From the NCBI GenBank assembly GCA_018985225.1, contig JADGIF010000339.1:1-10628 (forward strand): DNA of 10,628 nucleotides. Direction: 5' to 3'. Shown here in pieces: positions 8,770 through 10,628 of the stretch; the stretch's first letter is position 1, and each line of letters begins with the position of its first letter. Position numbers and translations under genes: made by a program. The stretch comes from Amoeboradix gromovi X-113. Lineage: Eukaryota > Fungi > Sanchytriomycota. Under the pieces are notes generated by a model that made no database searches, was not told where the DNA came from, and saw nothing but the letters and a program-made list of their open reading frames with translations.

Positions 8770-9120
8770 ACGATAAATGCATGAAATATGAATTTACTTT
8801 GAACGATCCATTAAACAGTTCCTTAATCCCGATATCCTTTAGATATAATGGTAGATATTATATTACAGCTGCGTGTCTATTGGTTTATACATTTAAAAAT
8901 CATTCCTACACTTATTTACGACCTGGTTCATTTACTAGGATGCATCGCAGTTTATCGATGCTCTGTTCACTTTGAGACTTACCATGTCAAGCTATAGCTC
9001 AGCAGTTTACCATACCGATTTTCCGAATTCCTTTCATCTGAACCGTAAAATCCCATAACATCTATAGCACTCAGAGTATTGCAATCCCGTTGAACAGCAA
9101 GCATCAGTTTAAGTTGGTAA
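8770..9120 (-). pseudogene. Possible decayed Fanzor1 fragment
   Basis: Minus strand: VMGFYGS (9059-9039)...RYGKL, shifted EQSIDKLRCILVNEPGRK, ISVG, and PLYLKDIGIKELFNGSFKV (KDIGIKELF at 8839-8813; cf. P.kg.Gir.lf....kV). Confidence 0.45.
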
Positions 9121-9184
9121 CAATTCAGACTTACTTCAGTATTAATTCAAGTTGATTTGTAGTAAAATCTTAGATTTATTGAAG

Positions 9185-9908
9185 TTAAATCGGCCTTGAT
9201 GGTCGTTTGGGTTCTGGTGATCTTGGATTATCACGGAGTTGGTTCGCTGGTCCCTCTAGTGCTACTGGTGCTCTTCGCGTAGGAGATAAAATTTCAGCTG
9301 GTGCAACTCTCTTACTAAAAAATCGATTTCTGACCCTACCGAAAAAGTCGGAAACCTTGTAATATCCTTTTAGACCATAGAAGATTAGTTTTGTTCCATA
9401 TTTTCCCTTGCTTTCATTTTTAACTTTTACCACATATGCATCAAGCTCGGCTTTCACACTCAATTCCGCTGGTGACAATTTTCTTTCAGCCGCTTTCTCC
9501 GCCAATTCCTTAGATAGACTCTTCATCTCCTTTTCAAGAATAATAGAAGAATCAAATATGCTTCTGAGACTATTTGTTTTAAATTCAGCACCTTCAATTC
9601 TCAATTCCTTTTTAATATTCTCGAATTTTACAAATAGTGTAATCGATTTTCTTGCACCAGTTACAAGTTCCTTCAGAGAATCAAATTCAGGCATTACTTC
9701 ATATCCACTTATCAATCTGTTATAGTTATCGGGATTTCTGACACTCATGTCGGCCATCTTATAAACCAGGTCATGATATTTAGTAAATGCATTATTACCT
9801 TTCGCTTCAAATACCTCTGTCAACTGCTCCAAAACCAAAAAGAACTGTATGCGTTCCTTCTTGCATTGGCATTGCCATTATTAATTGGATAAAGTAGATT
9901 GCTCTCAT
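9185..9908 (-). CDS. Probable secreted helical protein (effector-like); 5' end joined by a tiny intron or frameshift
   Basis: The 217-aa ORF 9838-9185 starts at TTG. An upstream ATG at 9908 encodes signal-peptide-like MRAIYFIQLIMAMPMQEGTHT in a different frame. Removing GT..AG 9845-9827 (19 nt) or 9845-9824 (22 nt) joins them. C-terminal tail is Pro/Arg-rich. Confidence 0.65.
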
Positions 9909-9992
9909 TGTATAATAGTCATGTTCTTGCTTTTAAACTACAAATAGGTTTAGCAGGACTCCTTAGGACAGCTTTATTAGTGCAAGCATTTC

Positions 9993-10620
9993 ATGTCAGA
10001 AAAATTACTGCGATATTATGGTAATAGACCTGACTACAGAACTAGCTCCTGTTAGCTTGAAAATCAAGAGATTGATGAGACTGTGACTATGAAGCCAATT
10101 TTTAGTATTTTGGATGCATCTGCAAACATAAGGGACATCAATTCGGATATTGCAGATGAGTTTAATGAATACTAAAAGACTTGGAATACATAAATTAGCA
10201 CAAATTATTTCGGATATATCTCAAGGTCTTTGCTGAAGATCAGCCATGAAGATTGCAGTTGGTAGAAATAGCAGCAAGCGGGGATTGTGAGCTCTAGCTG
10301 CGCCTGCTTGCTTTTATTAATATAACTCGTAATTGCTTGATTACAAATGTTTGCGGAGTCTACAAGTTCATCTGCCGGAAATCATAAATCCTTGATCGTT
10401 AAAAGATGCATGTAGATTAGAAAAGAGCCAATGTTGATATGCGCCATATTTCTACCTGGTAACCCATTGGGACATGCTCTGTAAAAACTAGACTAGGGGT
10501 AAAAAACGGGTGACGAGATTTACCCAGTTGAAATTTTCACAGCAGTGTCCCATATTTCTTCACCTAGGCAATAGGCGAAACTACTTTATCAGTGATCCTT
10601 TGTTGCCAGCCTGGTCTCTC
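9993..10620 (+). pseudogene. Probable decayed Fanzor1 nuclease, C-terminal half
   Basis: One stop-riddled frame from 9993 to about 10425: MKPIFSILD...DEFNEY*KTWN (10155)...YFGYISRSLLK...K*QQAGI...LVIA*LQMFAESTSSSAGNHKSLIVKRCM*IRK. Then shifted ANVDMRHIST (10427) and LKFSQQCPIFLH (10528). Confidence 0.55.
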
Positions 10621-10628
10621 ACCATTCG

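Noticed and set aside
7020-9180. CRISPR-like array, tRNA/rRNA or terminal inverted repeats
   Set aside because: No recurring direct repeat, cloverleaf or convincing TIR pair was visible by eye.

Overview
AT-rich, apparently intron-poor eukaryotic DNA, most consistent with a reduced early-diverging fungus or fungus-related lineage (inference). It has three layers. (1) A compact minus-strand host block at 2226-7018: an intact MSH6 plus two unknown genes, each with a CCCC motif 5-6 nt before the ATG. A probable secreted protein lies further right at 9185-9908. (2) A virus-like block at 327-2153: a DUF4116-like repeat gene, an F-box-like gene with the LRxDSxLCxxYI motif, and a decayed fibre-repeat fragment. 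(3) The most interesting layer, invisible to the ORF track: much of the 'intergenic' DNA translates, through stops and frameshifts, into decayed C-terminal halves of Fanzor1/TnpB-family RNA-guided nucleases. Two relics are fairly clear (1-320 and 7324-7800) and about four are weaker, on both strands and apparently from different subfamilies. One may carry a 19-nt GT-AG intron inside the RuvC-III motif. All family calls come from manual translation and motifs I recall; no searches were run.
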